Assembly: GCA_965644295.1 (NCBI GenBank)
Contig: CBFFRP010000324.1
Coordinates: forward strand, 186,001 to 250,000
Origin: Paraphysomonas bandaiensis
Lineage: Eukaryota; Protista; Chrysophyceae
Length of the DNA: 64,000 bases
Reading direction: 5' to 3'
This document shows, in pieces, positions 11,062 through 24,476 of this stretch; within the stretch, counting starts at the first letter, position 1, and every line of letters starts with the position of its first letter. The position numbers and the translations under genes were made by a program. A model generated the notes under the pieces. It made no database searches, was not told the DNA's origin, and was given only the letters and a program-made list of their open reading frames with translations.

Positions 11062-13635
11062 CTATGCTACAACAAAAGGGCTCCATCCTATTTCATCATC
11101 ATCATCGTCGTCATCATCATCATCACCGTCATCATCCACACCACTGTTTTGTTCACGAGTACTACCCAGCTTGCTGCTTAACGAGAAAGACACATTTTTA
11201 ACAATTTTCTCTGGTAACTTCGGACCTTTCGTGGGAGATCTGAGTCCCCCATTTCTGCTATTATCCACTGGTGCTCGAGGCGGTAATCCCACACCACCAT
11301 CGTATTGTTTTTTACGTTGTTGAGTTAGATAGGTTGGAACAAGTGGTGGTAGAGTGCTTTCCGATCTCGAGGAGTCCATATCTCGAGATGAAGCAATCAA
11401 GTCCTCGTTATCCTTTCCACATGGCCTGAAAACAGGTTCGCTATTCATTCTACTGGGAGCTTGATGTTTCCCTGATTGAATTGAGTCCGACGTAACGTCT
11501 TCATTTCCTGTCTCACCTCGCTTGAGGGCTTCGAAGTACCGCTGATATGGGTGAAGAAGTCTCTCAGAATTAAATTTCTTCTTTGGAGCAACTTTCTCTT
11601 GTCGTTTACGCTGTTTATTGCCTGCAGATTTAGATTTCTCCGCGTTTTCATAGTGGCTTTGTATTGTGCGCCTCCAGTCAAAAGAAGGATCCACCCCTAC
11701 GCCGTCTTGGTCTACCCCATAATTTTCCCTTTCTAAAAGCTTGTTTCGACGGGCTGCATCATTAGCAATGCGCTGTGCCTTGTTGTGAATTCCCTTAATG
11801 AATGAGCTTCCTTGCTGTTGGTACTCGTGACGTTTATTATCTTCTCTGAGTTGCCAGGGCATAGGTGGCAACACCCCTTTCGGCGCACCAGCTCTGCTAT
11901 GTGATGATGAAGTGGTTGTGGAGTCCTGTTGAAGTTCCTCGCCCTTTTTGCGCCTCATATTCTTACTTTTAGCCAAACGAAAGTTCGTCACTCTCTGATT
12001 TGCCAATTTGTTAACATTGTCGATCCTCTCAGCGAGGTATAGGGCATCTGATTGCGACCTCTCCATCGCTTCCAATTTTTTGTTTTTCATGGCCACGCGA
12101 AAATCTTCCTTTCTTAGTCTGTCAAGCTCTTTGTACACGGTATAACACCTTTCACACACAGATGTGGTTGAGTAATACCTTCCCAAATGCTTGCAGCTCG
12201 CCGTCTCACTGTTATGATATGGATTCTCACTGAGGTCGAATGGAACTTCATGACCCAGTGTACTACTCGGATTTACCAGCCCATTTCGCATAGCCCGCAG
12301 TACATCAGAAGTAAGTTCCGCTGTAGATAACGTGGGGCTGTTTGGAGAGGCTTGAGATACTTCTTCTGAGCCTTCAGCAATCTGAAGCATGGCCTTCCCA
12401 ATGCGGTGCCCGCATGATGCGGGAATGACCGGTAAACTCTTCTGTACCAATGCATGGCCGGTACGGTGGTACCAAGATATGAGTAATGGCCACCAATGTG
12501 GAGCATTCGCGCTGGACTTCTCCAACTTATCTGAAGTTTCCCTTTCAACATCAAGCAATTTCATTTCGTTACGAGCAAGCAACAAAGACTTTACAGGTAC
12601 TTTGTAGGACTGGGATGGAGCCACGGCATGTTGAGCTCCAGGTGTACCATCCCCAATAACTTCGACATTAGTGGTCGCAGCCAGTACAGTTGCCCTATGA
12701 ATATCAATATTTGCTTCGTCCTCATCGTCTACATCATCAACTTCCTCGCTTCCCTCCACTCGCTGGTGACGCTTCCTCGCCTTGTCCCGCTCAACTGCTA
12801 TGTTAAAGTTAAGCTCCTCCTGCATCTGCGCCAATGCCCCCTCATCTTGCTCGCTGTAAGTGCAGAAATCACCAGCACAACGGCTTCGCCGCACGCACCC
12901 ATGGGAAAGGTTAGTAACCTCAGATATTTCAGACCGTGTCTCACTTATAGTCGACGGTCCTTTGTTCCTCCCGCCTTTGTGCCGCGGTGGTCCAGCCTCT
13001 ACCTCACGGGTATGGTGGAGCCTGGCCTTGTACTCGCCACCGCCTAAGTCTTCAACTACGAAAACACAGCATAAGCGAATGATCTCATGACGTGATCGCT
13101 GCTCAATTATATGAACTAGCTGCGCCATCTTCTCGCGCATAACCTCTACAATGTTCTTGTTAGAACATACCAGGCGCTGTGTTGGAAATGCCTTTTGCGT
13201 GGTTTCTTCACTGGGAATGACCTGGCCCTTCACACTCGCGTCACAGAGGCGATAAGTAGTCATCTTTGGTCTCACTATTCCCTGCTGTTTCTCAAATATT
13301 TGCTCAATGAATAGAAAAGAATGTGACATTTGGGCAGTGGAGGTTATGCACACAGATCTGGGGGCTATCGCAAATTCATCCCCAGAAATATGACTCCATA
13401 TGTCATCAGTGAGAACTTGAGCAGAAACAGCACCTTCATAATTAGTGCATCTATCAATAACAGAGTCCATTTTCCATCGAGATTTGGCTTTGCTTTTAAT
13501 TTTACCATCACTCATCGTGAAGAGCCAACCCGTTACAGTTGAGTCCGAGATAGTTATCACATCAACGATATCAAAGCTTGAGTGGGGCAGATCACTTCTC
13601 CATAAGTTTTTCCATATCCAGAATGAAGCTATCAA
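11062..13635 (-). CDS. Hypothetical protein, at least 857 aa (additional short 5' exons likely near 13680-13870)
   Basis: Long uninterrupted ORF with Cys motifs (CAGDFC, SVCERCYTVY), coiled-coil segments and an acidic C-terminal tail. An AG acceptor near 13628 suggests upstream exons. Confidence 0.75.
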   Translation of the reverse strand: MIASFWIWKNLWRSDLPHSSFDIVDVITISDSTVTGWLFTMSDGKIKSKAKSRWKMDSVIDRCTNYEGAVSAQVLTDDIWSHISGDEFAIAPRSVCITSTAQMSHSFLFIEQIFEKQQGIVRPKMTTYRLCDASVKGQVIPSEETTQKAFPTQRLVCSNKNIVEVMREKMAQLVHIIEQRSRHEIIRLCCVFVVEDLGGGEYKARLHHTREVEAGPPRHKGGRNKGPSTISETRSEISEVTNLSHGCVRRSRCAGDFCTYSEQDEGALAQMQEELNFNIAVERDKARKRHQRVEGSEEVDDVDDEDEANIDIHRATVLAATTNVEVIGDGTPGAQHAVAPSQSYKVPVKSLLLARNEMKLLDVERETSDKLEKSSANAPHWWPLLISWYHRTGHALVQKSLPVIPASCGHRIGKAMLQIAEGSEEVSQASPNSPTLSTAELTSDVLRAMRNGLVNPSSTLGHEVPFDLSENPYHNSETASCKHLGRYYSTTSVCERCYTVYKELDRLRKEDFRVAMKNKKLEAMERSQSDALYLAERIDNVNKLANQRVTNFRLAKSKNMRRKKGEELQQDSTTTSSSHSRAGAPKGVLPPMPWQLREDNKRHEYQQQGSSFIKGIHNKAQRIANDAARRNKLLERENYGVDQDGVGVDPSFDWRRTIQSHYENAEKSKSAGNKQRKRQEKVAPKKKFNSERLLHPYQRYFEALKRGETGNEDVTSDSIQSGKHQAPSRMNSEPVFRPCGKDNEDLIASSRDMDSSRSESTLPPLVPTYLTQQRKKQYDGGVGLPPRAPVDNSRNGGLRSPTKGPKLPEKIVKNVSFSLSSKLGSTREQNSGVDDDGDDDDDDDDDDEIGWSPFVVA

Positions 13636-13994
13636 TAATAATATTAATTATAGTCATAACACTGAAGAGTATGATGGTACCGTCTGTGATGGTCGTGTGC
13701 TTGATAGTAGAGGGCATGCTACCCTGTACAATGCTCCTATGGGTATACGTGTATTGTATTGACCTTCTCAGTGATTATGATGCTCCTTGTATTGAATCTG
13801 AGAATAAATACATGCACAGATATCAGTATAGTGTTCTCACGGCTCTCACTGTGAGCTTCATATGCATGTTACTGTTAATATACTCTACATACATATTGCT
13901 GTATAACAGATCCATATACAGCAGAATACTGAACAACTACAAGCACACCGACGCGAACTTATGTACCTACCTACATACTGTACCTACCTACAAG

Positions 13995-14133
13995 TACATA
14001 CATACATACATACATACATACATACATACATACATACATACATACATACATACATACATACATACATACATACATACATACATACATACATACATACATA
14101 CATACATACATACATACATACATACATACATAC
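13995..14133. repeat. (TACA)n microsatellite, about 35 perfect units
   Basis: Direct reading of the sequence. Confidence 0.99.
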
Positions 14134-14347
14134 CTATACAGCAGTATTCTACGGTTAGATCTGGATCTGGTTGGTCGATTCAGGTCATTCTTGTAGAGAC
14201 CCACACTTGTGACTTGAATCAAAGCGATTACGTTACCACTATTCTAATTTTACAATGACTCTCTTGTGAAATCCCGTGTACCAGATGATACTAATGTAAA
14301 CTGGTGATTAGATTGCCCACTATTATCTTATACATAGCTCATAAGGG

Positions 14348-15286
14348 ATGGATATGGAGCCGTCTCTTGCTCACGCGGTACGAATATAGTAGTTAAGCGC
14401 TGAGAAGGCTTGGTAACATTAGATTTTTGCATGCATTGGACCTGAATCAGACAGAGAAGGTGATACCGAGGAATGATATGGCCCTCTCACAGCTTTCACT
14501 TCCACAGGCCTCGTCTTCATGTGACACTGACCCCGGTACAAAGGCACTGACAAGTTTTGTACCTTATATGATTGATGTAGGCATGCGTTATTCTTCGATG
14601 TACATTGATTGCAAGCTAAACACTTCAGAAATTTTCTCCCCAGAGGAAGCCGCGTTCATTTCAATCTCCAATTGTTATTTAATTTCCACAGACAATTCTC
14701 TCCAGTGTGAAATGCGGAAACTCGAGCTTGAAGAAGAGATGCAGTTCTTAGCACACTATGTAAGCTGAATATGAACTTGAACTTCCAGCTCAGTTATGAG
14801 CGTATTATAGGGAGTTTCTATGAAAGATCAGCGATTAGATTCTCCATCTGCGGTTGCTGACTGCATCCAAGATTTACTGAGCTCGGTACCTAGACCGGAA
14901 GTGCACCTGCTTCTTTCCAATGGTGGAGAAGAAGACAAAAATTTCATATCAGAGACCAAGTATAAGTGTACTTCTAGTACTGAACGGTGGGTTCGTGTTT
15001 TCCCGTCAGAAAACCCGCTTGTAGATTGCATGGGTTTCCCTGACAAATGGTAGCCAATTCATCTTAATAGAAGATGCATGTAACATATATATGGAGCAGG
15101 GAAATAGATTTTACACGCCCTACAGAAGAAGACTTATGTGATACTATTGGTACACAATATAGTAGTGACTTCGTTGTGACTCCAACAGATTCTCATGATT
15201 GTTGTGACAGTGGAGAGCTGTATAGTGGTGACCGAACGCGAGCTGAAGTCGACGATGCCCTACTTCAGTGGTTGCTGCAGGAATGA
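14348..15286 (+). CDS. Hypothetical multi-exon protein (start uncertain)
   Basis: Consecutive ORFs 14427-14768, 14820-15053 and 15074-15286 are separated by short GT...AG segments and end DDALLQWLLQE*. Confidence 0.5.
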
Positions 15287-16508
15287 GTGTATATGTTTGT
15301 TTCTGGGGATTGAAAAGCGATAAAATAGTTCCGTCACTATAGTGAAATCCACGTATTCAATATCCCAATTTGTTAAGTTTGCACATTTGTGTTCAATGTC
15401 ACGCTGTATTTCACGAGTTGACTGTTACAGTATTATATCACAAAGCGCAAAAACTGTTTGAAACTCTTTAAAGCGTAGCTTGTTAATCCTGACAGTCTCA
15501 TTGCATTCGTATGGAGAGTTTCAAACCTACTTAAACTTTCATACATAAACTACTGAAATTTTCTGCAGTTCATCGGAGTAATTCCACTGTAATTTTTTCA
15601 TGAGTTCACAAACAAATCTGAAATTAATAGTAGTTTCTATGTACTATATTATATTGCAAACTTAATATATGGGTAGGTATATTAGTTCTAACGGTAAACA
15701 AAACAATTTTATAACTATTATGACAACATAATACAATACACTATAGTTTCCTAGTCTAAATATAATGTACTGGCTGTCGTTGGAGTAAACGATTGACTTC
15801 TAATATAAACAGAATAATTTTAATACATTGTGCATTGCTCTTCATTGTTGAGTGCTTAACGTTCTGTGTGTTCCCTCTTAATCGCACGGCAACGACTCTC
15901 GCAATTAAGTTATTGTCAGCAGTCGCTAATCGCACTTATTTACTAGGAATAGTACCATGAATGAGGTCATGAAACCTCAAGGGGAGGGTGGAATCCCACT
16001 GATAACAGTTCACTGGTAGGACATGTTCATTAACGAGATGCCTCTTCATTGTTACGCATATAGTCAAGTCTGTTCCATAGAGAGCTCAAGTGTAGTCTAT
16101 GAGTGCAGTCTTATCCACCCACAACATACAATCTACGACATTAGATGTAGAGACATGACAACAGAGGTGCAACCCAGCCCTAGTTGTGCTGCAACACCAT
16201 TGCAACGATATGAGTGCAGTGGTTTGGTGGATTAGATACTACGAAATTATCCGAAATATGTATAAAATAGAGGTTTTAAGTCTCTTATTTCCGGGTTTTC
16301 AGACCATTATATTAGATATAGGTATAGATATGAAGCCTACGGAATATGTATCTTATATTCAGTGAGATTTTTCTGTGAGAATTTTCGGAAATGCTATTTG
16401 AGAGGTATGCATTGTATGAGGCTGTATACAGAGTGTGTATATGGGCACAATTACATACATATCACACACAGCATACAGTCATCCACATATACCATAATCT
16501 TCATCGAT

Positions 16509-19278
16509 ATGGCTCTGTATACTTGGGGAAGCAATAAATTTGGTGAACTTGGAGGGGAGAATACTTCATGGAGTCCACAGAGTCTTTGTTTACCTGATGG
16601 TCAGCTTCCTGTGTCAGTGGCAGCAGGAGAGGGTCACTCTTTATTCGCCACAGGTGCTGTGATCTAATAATAGTAATAGTAATAATGATTGTATGCGTGT
16701 AGAATCTGGAGATGTGTTTACATTTGGTAGAGGACGAGAAGGGCAGTTGGGTCTAGGAAGTGAGAAGAGGGATGTGAACACCCCAACTCTTGTGCAAGAG
16801 TTGCAGCATGAGAGTGTCATAAAGGTAGTGGCAGGGGCCATATCCTCTTATGCCATTACTGCTACTGGTAGAGTATACCATTGGTGCGCTAATGCATGCA
16901 AACTTTAAGTACTTCATTTTAACTGGTTGGTGATAGGGGACTTGTGCACATACCTTGTGACGGTTCAGCTGAAGAGGAAAGTGAGCCACAGACTACTGCT
17001 GGAGAGCTCACAGGGTTGGCAGAAGACCAGGATTCAGTAATGGTAGAAGTAGATATTGAAGCCCGGGAGGAGTCATATCGCATCACTGGAACGGGTGGGA
17101 CACGCAGTCAGCAAGGTGCCCGCCAACTCCGCAGTATTGTGCAGCATAGCACAGAGCGCTGGATGCTTGCCAATGATGATGCCGATGAAGAGTACTACCG
17201 AGAACTTTCAAGTATGGGGTATGAAAAGGAGGAGGTTGAAGAAAGAATGCAGAACAGGGGCAGGGAGTATCATGGTATGATGCGTCTCCAGTGCCGTCGT
17301 GTCTTCCTGGTACGTATACTGCCAACCGTTGCCCGATATGCGAACATTTATGTTAATATCTGCAGACAACTCCTGAGGTCATATCATCATTGTCTCATAT
17401 TCGAGTAGCTTCAGTTGCTGCTGGTTATGCGCATTGTATTGTGGTCACAGAGAGTGGTCACATGTTTAGCGTCGGCTACAATGATCGCGGTCAGCTTGGT
17501 CTTGGACATCGCATTAGCACCAGTGAGTTCAAGCCTGTTGACTACATGGATGGAAGATTCGTTGTGCAAGTGGTGTGTGGACAACAGCATTCTATGTGTC
17601 GTGCAGTTGAGCGGAATAATTCCGCTGGCCTTCGGGTTGGATCTGGTTCTAGTAGGGTTGGGTGCTCGGTGTATGTATGGGGGAATGGAATGTTGGGACA
17701 GCTTGGTCTGGGGTTGAAAGGAACTTCAAAGGGGCGTTTGCTTCCAACTCTACTTTCTACGCTTGTAGATGAGTGCCCGCTTGGCGTGATAGATATATCA
17801 GCTGGGAGCAACTTTTCCGCAGCGCTATCATTCGAAGGGGCTGTTTTCTCCTGGTATAACTGCTGCATGAGTGCTGTTAGTATAATAATAGTACTGTTGA
17901 TAGGGGGCATGCAGAGTATAACCAACATGGAACAGGAACAGTCGGTGGGTCTGATTACGTGAACAACTTTCATTACTTTGTGCCGCGTCGTGTGCGCATT
18001 TTGTCGGAGAGTGGTGAGCCTGAGAGAATATCAGCTATTAGCTGTGGATCGACCTTCACAATTGCCGTATCTGAGGACAGCGATGTCTATAGCTGGGGAT
18101 GGAATGCCTACGGAGTGCTCGGTCATGGAAAAGGTCATTTCCCCCAAGAACCCACTAAGATTGCTAATTTAGGGAAACAACACGTGGACAGAAAAGTATC
18201 CACGGTTAGTGCTGGGGCGAACCACGTGCTTGCAATTACATCTTCCTCCGGGAACCCTTGGGCCAAGACGTTCCAATCCTTTCTTAATGACGATTCTTAC
18301 GCTGACGCAGAGATTATTGACGAGACTAGTGGTGAGAGTTTTGCTTGCCATAGAGTAATCCTCAGTGCCCGAAGTACTTATTTTAAGGGCTTTTTCCGTG
18401 TTGCACAGCGAGTGAGGGACTCGCAAAACTCAGTCAATGACTGCCAATATCGAGAGGCTGTCTACCTATCATGCGACGTGGCAACATCAGCTAACATCAA
18501 GTATCTTCTTGAGTACATATACACGGACACACTTTCCGCTCCTATGCACAGACGCAAGCAGTTAGCACTACTAGCTGATTTTGTGGCGATTCCTCGGTTA
18601 GCGCAGCTATGTCGCCAGCATGGGTCGTATGCCGTAAGGAGGTGTGAGGGTGATGATATCATTGCAAGCTCGTCATTCGAGAGTGATATGCTTGATATGG
18701 TTGCATCGCCGCTTTTTTCTGATGTTAGGTTTGTATATAGAGCTGGCCTTGAATTCTACCACAATGTGGAGCGCTCATCTACGAATATGCCAACATCTCT
18801 CGAATATAATCCCGATTCTCACTGCATCCCTGGACATCGGGTATTACTGAGCAAGCTACCGTACTTTCAAAACATATTTTCAGGCCAGTATAAGGATGGA
18901 CAGATTGGAACGGATGGGGTAATGGAGTTGGACATGTGTGGGCTAGAACTTGACGGCGTAGATGAGGAAACGTTCCGGCACATCCTAATGTATGCCTACT
19001 GTGGCACATGTTCAGTGCTGGATGATAACAACTCTAACGCACTTATGTCGCTTATTGTCGCTGCCAATCGTGTTGGTTTGCTTCAGCTTGCCCAACTGTG
19101 TGAGAAGTTACTATCTCTGCACTTAGGTGACTTCCCTGAAAATATAGAAAACTGTTACGACTTTGCCCAAATGTACAACATATCACGATTGGGACGCCAA
19201 TGTGAAGAGCTGTTATATCATCGCAATATGAGGCATAAACAGGAGGTTTCTGGTGATGAAGAGAAGCTATCTTTGTAG
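16509..19278 (+). CDS. RCC1-repeat plus tandem BTB/POZ domain protein (5 exons)
   Basis: Repeated RCC1 blades (YTWGSNKFGELG, FTFGRGREGQLGLG, VGYNDRGQLGLG, YSWGWNAYGVLGHG), then two BTB motifs (FACHRVILSARSTYF, PGHRVLLSKLPYF). Four short GT-AG introns. Confidence 0.9.
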
Positions 19279-20416
19279 TATACTATCTGTAAGAATAAAG
19301 CTATCACATTGTACATGAAGTACGTGCTATCACGTCAGCGTTATAGATCTGGCTATTAGAGCGAAAAATTTCAACACTAATTAAGAATGCACTAAAAGTA
19401 CACTCCTCTGTATCCTACATAAAGGTATTGATATGCTAGTAATTCAGAGATTCGAGTAAGTTAGATGCTCCGTCACTTTCACAATAATCAATTCGTATGA
19501 ATTTTAAATTAGAATTCACTAGTGTAGGAGGTGTAGTCTACTTTATTAGTTTCAGATACATCTACTTGTAAATATATAGCAACAATATTGTAGCACCGTC
19601 ATATTGCTGAACCTATTATATTGCATAATATACCCTGGATAGAAATTCATTATAAGGTTATAAGTCTTCGTAGTAAGTAACAGAAGTTAGACCCTAAACG
19701 GTGTACATAGTGAAAAATACTGTATAGCTATATGACTGTGCAAATGAAGTAATATGACGATTCAAGATGCGGATGTTTACCAGTGACTTCTGTCAGAATG
19801 CTAAAATTATGTCGGTGATGAGTTTTAAGCGAAATGACACAAATGTGTATGCAATTATAATAATCGATCTAGTCTGACGGCTTTCCTTTTCTATTACGAT
19901 CTACGGTATAAAATGGTAGCGGGTGGTAGTTACGTAGTTACTGAGATAACTCAGATATAGCACTACATATTTGCTGGGATATTACACGAAGCATTTGTGA
20001 AACTTAGTAATAAGTACGTACTCAATGAATAGATTATTGCTAGTAGGTAACAAGTCAGCAGGCTACAAATACTCGTAGCAAGACTATATATCCAGTATTG
20101 CTAAATATTTTTAGAGATTATCGTTATTTATTATTTCGGAAATAGATATTGATAAAGTTTTAAAAAAAAAAGGACTCTGCCTATCGTGCTACAAATATCG
20201 TATCGCTGATGAAACAATCGCATCTGCAGTATGCACTCAATATTCACTACTGCAAATTCATCGTAACACTGTGGTAAAACTAGTACTGTGCACATTGGAA
20301 ATTTAAGTCAAATATTATAGAACAATGAATAGCCATTGTTCGGGTTAGGTACTTACGATAGTATAGCAATATTATGTGTATCATCAAGAGCCACGTGGTC
20401 ATGATACTCCATTCCC

Positions 20417-20869
20417 TTAGATTAAAACAGCCGATTCGCAACATACCTCAAGAGGAGGTTGACCGGGATACATAACCTTTTCACTTAGATCGCGTAAAAG
20501 AGTGTCTTTTTTGTATGATTGTAGAACGATGCGTACGGTAGCAGATCCATCGAGTACACACGCCCCATCTTGAATCGTATATCCAAGCTTAGCACATGAG
20601 ACGTGTCCATAGGGCTCAAAGAGATCACAAAGATACTTCACACTGCATTTTGATGATAAGTTTTTAACCTTGAAGCAAACTTCTTCTTTATCAGTTACAA
20701 TGTCAGTGTGGACCTCAGATGACAGATGAGAGTTAATTGTATTTGGCATCTCATCCACTGGATTTGCAACACTATCAGGTGTAAATGAAAAATAAATCGG
20801 ATGTTTGTGATGAGGGTCTGAGATGAATGTTTCATTGTGCACCTGATTTTGAGTTGGAGGGTATGACAT
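20417..20869 (-). CDS. Small single-RRM protein
   Basis: FKVKNLSSKCSVKYLCDLFEPYGHV resembles RNP2 plus helix 1 of an RRM; RNP1 is degenerate (GSATVRI). Confidence 0.6.
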   Translation of the reverse strand: MSYPPTQNQVHNETFISDPHHKHPIYFSFTPDSVANPVDEMPNTINSHLSSEVHTDIVTDKEEVCFKVKNLSSKCSVKYLCDLFEPYGHVSCAKLGYTIQDGACVLDGSATVRIVLQSYKKDTLLRDLSEKVMYPGQPPLEVCCESAVLI

Positions 20870-21374
20870 TCTGGAATGTTAAGCTTCGAATATGGGAGAT
20901 GGCCATGTCAATGTGCCCGCATGACACAATTAGGGCAGACACAGTTTGAGTTTTTTGGGGGGAAGTGACGAGAAATTTATCCCATACCATACTGATGACG
21001 TACTTGATAAGGATATGAGGACTGATCGGACGGTATACGTTGTGTACGGCAGATGGAAAAACAGATGGGTATACTGTTGTGTATACCGTGTATACCTAAA
21101 ACCCTTCTAGCGATTGGAAATACGGTTACAATATACGGCTAGGCTACACAACAGAGAACGAAGTTGGAAGGAGCGAAGTGTTTAAAGAGCGTGTCATATA
21201 AAGCACTTTTATAGTATAGATGCGTGTGGTCATGACGAAGTGAGTTAATGCCTATGCATTAACTGTATAGTACATCTACATGTACATGTACGTGTACGTG
21301 TACGTGTGTTAGCGTGTGTATATGTATCATTGATAACAAGTCTATATGTATAAACACAAGTTGGTATTCCATAC

Positions 21375-22963
21375 ATGTTGACATCTAAAGCATCCAAAAT
21401 AATTCCTTATGAGGATAGAACTGTTTGTATTAATGACTGCTTGAAGGTGAAGGAGATAACAAGAAATAATGTTCGTACCAAACTGAAATCAACAAAATCT
21501 AAAATTAAAAATTTGGATGCGTTATTTTCATCTCTTCAAATAGAGAATATTCCATCATATGCCAGGCCCATTGCGAGTAGTTCATCTTCACCAAGCATTA
21601 GTTTTACTCCACCAGTATGTGAAAGTCCCAAACCTAAGATCAGTAAACAGAAGAAACAGCGCCCATCAACCGCTAATCAGACTCTTTCATCTCGCTATGA
21701 TAAAGGGGTCCGAGAGCAGAAAAACGAATCCTCACCACAGACTACGTCGCCAAAACGTCCAACAGCATCTGCAAAGCGGCAAACTGCCTGGCTTAGGCGA
21801 ATTGAACACAAGAACAGAGATGACGAGTGTCCACCTATCCGTAACGATGGGGCTGTTAAAGAGGTATGCTATATATTTTTATCGGGTGGATTTGTTAAGT
21901 ATTTTTTGGCAGCTTTTAGATAGTCAACAGCTTCGAGTGACCAAGGAGAGTTGGTTCCGCGCCCAGCGTGAAAGTTCTCGTGTTCTTATAAAGCAGAAAG
22001 AAAACTCAGCGAATCGTGAGGTCAGTGGTTTCACGTATGTGTTTGTGATCAATGAATAACGGTCACATGCTTTAGCAAGCACAACAGCGCCTTAAAATGA
22101 AGAAACTTGAGAAAACCGAGCAACAGCTGCTGGAAGCGGCCAAATGGAATTCCTCTGTTATTCCTACACTTCGGCAGGTTCAGAACGAACTCCACTATAT
22201 TCGCACAGGGCAACGTCGCCCACCTAGTGTTAGATCCTCAAGAGGGCGATCACCAACCTCTGAAAAGAAGGAAAGGTCAAGAGAGAGTAGTGACCAAGGG
22301 CCGAATTTTACACAACCTGCTGAAATACAGAGGCAATCAAGCAATAAATCATTAGTGCGGTGGGCGGAAGAAGTATGTGGTGCTGATCAAACTGGACGCA
22401 TACGACCAGGCGATTCTCCATCTCCCTCGACTGAAACTCCACATTCTTCAGAGTCTTTAAATACTTCCAGTAATCAATATAATGATATGGAAAGGGAGAT
22501 TGCTCGTTTGGAACTTGAGGAGAAGCGCAAAAGAGAGGAGTGGGAAATAGCGGAAGAGCAGAAACGACTACAGATTTTAGCTGCAGAAGAGGGTATTGAG
22601 ACTATACCAGTTGTAGAAATGGACCAAGACGGCAGAGTCATATCTTATGGCCATGGCCATAGGGTGTATTTTCCAGACATGGATATTGACTCTCCTAGAG
22701 AGGAGTACGAATCCCATTACGGTATTGATTTGCCAAGTTCTGAACATTCGGTCGTGACTGGTACCAGTACGGTACCTCCAGTTGACATCGTGACGTTTCT
22801 TACTCGTCAGAACAGGCGCTCTGTGGAAAACCGTGCCAGTCCTAATGTGAAATATCAGAAAAAGTCCAGTCATGTGTTGGATAGTATCGACGAGTTTGAA
22901 TCGTACAGTCCACGAAGCGTGCACACTGAAGATGAATATACGGATGACGATTCTGAATATTAG
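21375..22963 (+). CDS. Hypothetical low-complexity/coiled-coil protein (3 exons)
   Basis: ORF segments 21375-21863, about 21920-22020 and about 22076-22963 are linked by short GT-AG introns. Ser/Arg-rich and EK-rich. Confidence 0.7.
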
Positions 22964-23582
22964 CCTAATTCTTGAGACAGTATTGTCTTAGCCTGAATAA
23001 ATGACTTGGTGTGACACAACAATGTGCATAGTACTGTAACTTACGTTAAGCTGTATATTGACCAGATTTGATAATTGTTGTAATATACTATCAGAGAGTT
23101 AAGTGGGTGTACTAGCCTAGTTTTAGTTGGTGTGTTATGACACAATTTAGAATATACAATGTTTCTGCCGTAGCTATTTGTAGTAGTACACCAACTGATT
23201 CATACAAAAAACAGATTTACTGTGTGAAATAATTAATGTTCTCTATTCTATTTGCGTGCATGTAAACAGTGCTAGCTACATCGGTACTGTAGAGTAGAAA
23301 ATTGCTATTGTCGTAATCATTTATCATTTGTCAAATGCTACTTTGTAATCTTGACATTATATTTACATAGTTGATCTTTCGGCCAAATAAATCAATTAAT
23401 ATTTTTTATAACACTGAATAGCAAAAGATATTATGTTTCTCTTTGTGCGAAACTAAGTCGAGTCAAACCTTGCAAAAGAACGAAACTTCTTGAACGTTTT
23501 TAAGGTGAGCTTAAAATATAATTATCTAGGCGTTTTTCGTGATACCTTATGTATGTAGTATGACAATTCATGTTTATCAATG

Positions 23583-23858
23583 ATTGCCCAAAGCCACTCC
23601 ATGGAGACGGGAAGTCAAAGAGCCTACCTTTATATGAAGGCTAATGCCAAACTAGTACAGTTTGGTCATTAACCGCATGGCTCTAGACAAACGCATTTAG
23701 AGGCGACTAATGCTTATGACGGATTGCAATATCTGGTAGGCCGAGAGTATATTGATGACGATAACTTCCTAAAATATGAGATTTGTAGTTTGGCATTAGC
23801 CTTCATGTAAAGGGCAGGCTCTTTGACTCCCCGTCTCCATGGAGTGGCTTTGGGCAAT
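23583..23858. repeat. Inverted repeat with about 72-bp arms and a 131-bp spacer
   Basis: attgcccaaagccactccatggagacgggaagtcaaagagcc...aaacta (23583-23654) is reverse-complementary to 23786-23858 with few mismatches. Confidence 0.95.
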
Positions 23859-24017
23859 GTAAGGAAATCCTTTACCACTAGAATATAACTGAAACCACTT
23901 TTTGTTTTCACCTATCTTCCTGTCAAATCATGTGCTCGAGGACACAGTAGTGTTACAGTAGCAACGTAGCAACACACACCAGAGACCTGTTATTGTACGT
24001 AATGCATGTGCTTTGAT

Positions 24018-24371
24018 CTAATAATAGGCTGTTTGCTTCGGAATTCTCCACGCTGGTGTGTGTGTTAGAAGTGTGGTCGCTCTTTTTAGCGGAACGGGCT
24101 CCAGGCGTATCTCCGAGTCAGAGTAAGGGGCTTGATCATCGGTGAGAAATAATAGCTCATCCCTTTTCAAGTGCATCCTGTTTGGTAGAATGAGGTCTGA
24201 AGGATACCTCTCCTCCTCTCCTTGTTGTAGTTAGAGCATATTAACTGCTATTGATATCAATAGACTCTAAGTGGGTTTAATATTCTGCCCATTGTACTGC
24301 TATACGTTCAGATGTACAGATCTGTGCTTGGGAACACAGACATCGAGCTGCTGTTGATAGAGCAGTGGCAT
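24018..24371 (-). CDS. Possible small two-exon gene (about 89 aa)
   Basis: MPLLYQQQLDVCVPKHRSVHLN, then a GT...AG intron, then GEEERYPSDLILPNRMHLKRDELL...TAYY*. No homology recognised. Confidence 0.25.
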
Positions 24372-24425
24372 AGACTAGAGGATACTATGCGGTACAGCAG
24401 TATCATATGCGCTTCACATACGTAC

Positions 24426-24476
24426 GGAGTGTACTGCTGGAGTGTACTGCTGGAGTGTACTGCTGGAGTGTACTCC
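24426..24476. repeat. 13-bp tandem repeat GGAGTGTACTGCT, about 3.8 copies
   Basis: Direct reading. Confidence 0.95.

Noticed and set aside
13578-14258. ORFs with HTYI / CMYV repeats
   Set aside because: They are translations of the (TACA)n microsatellite, not proteins.
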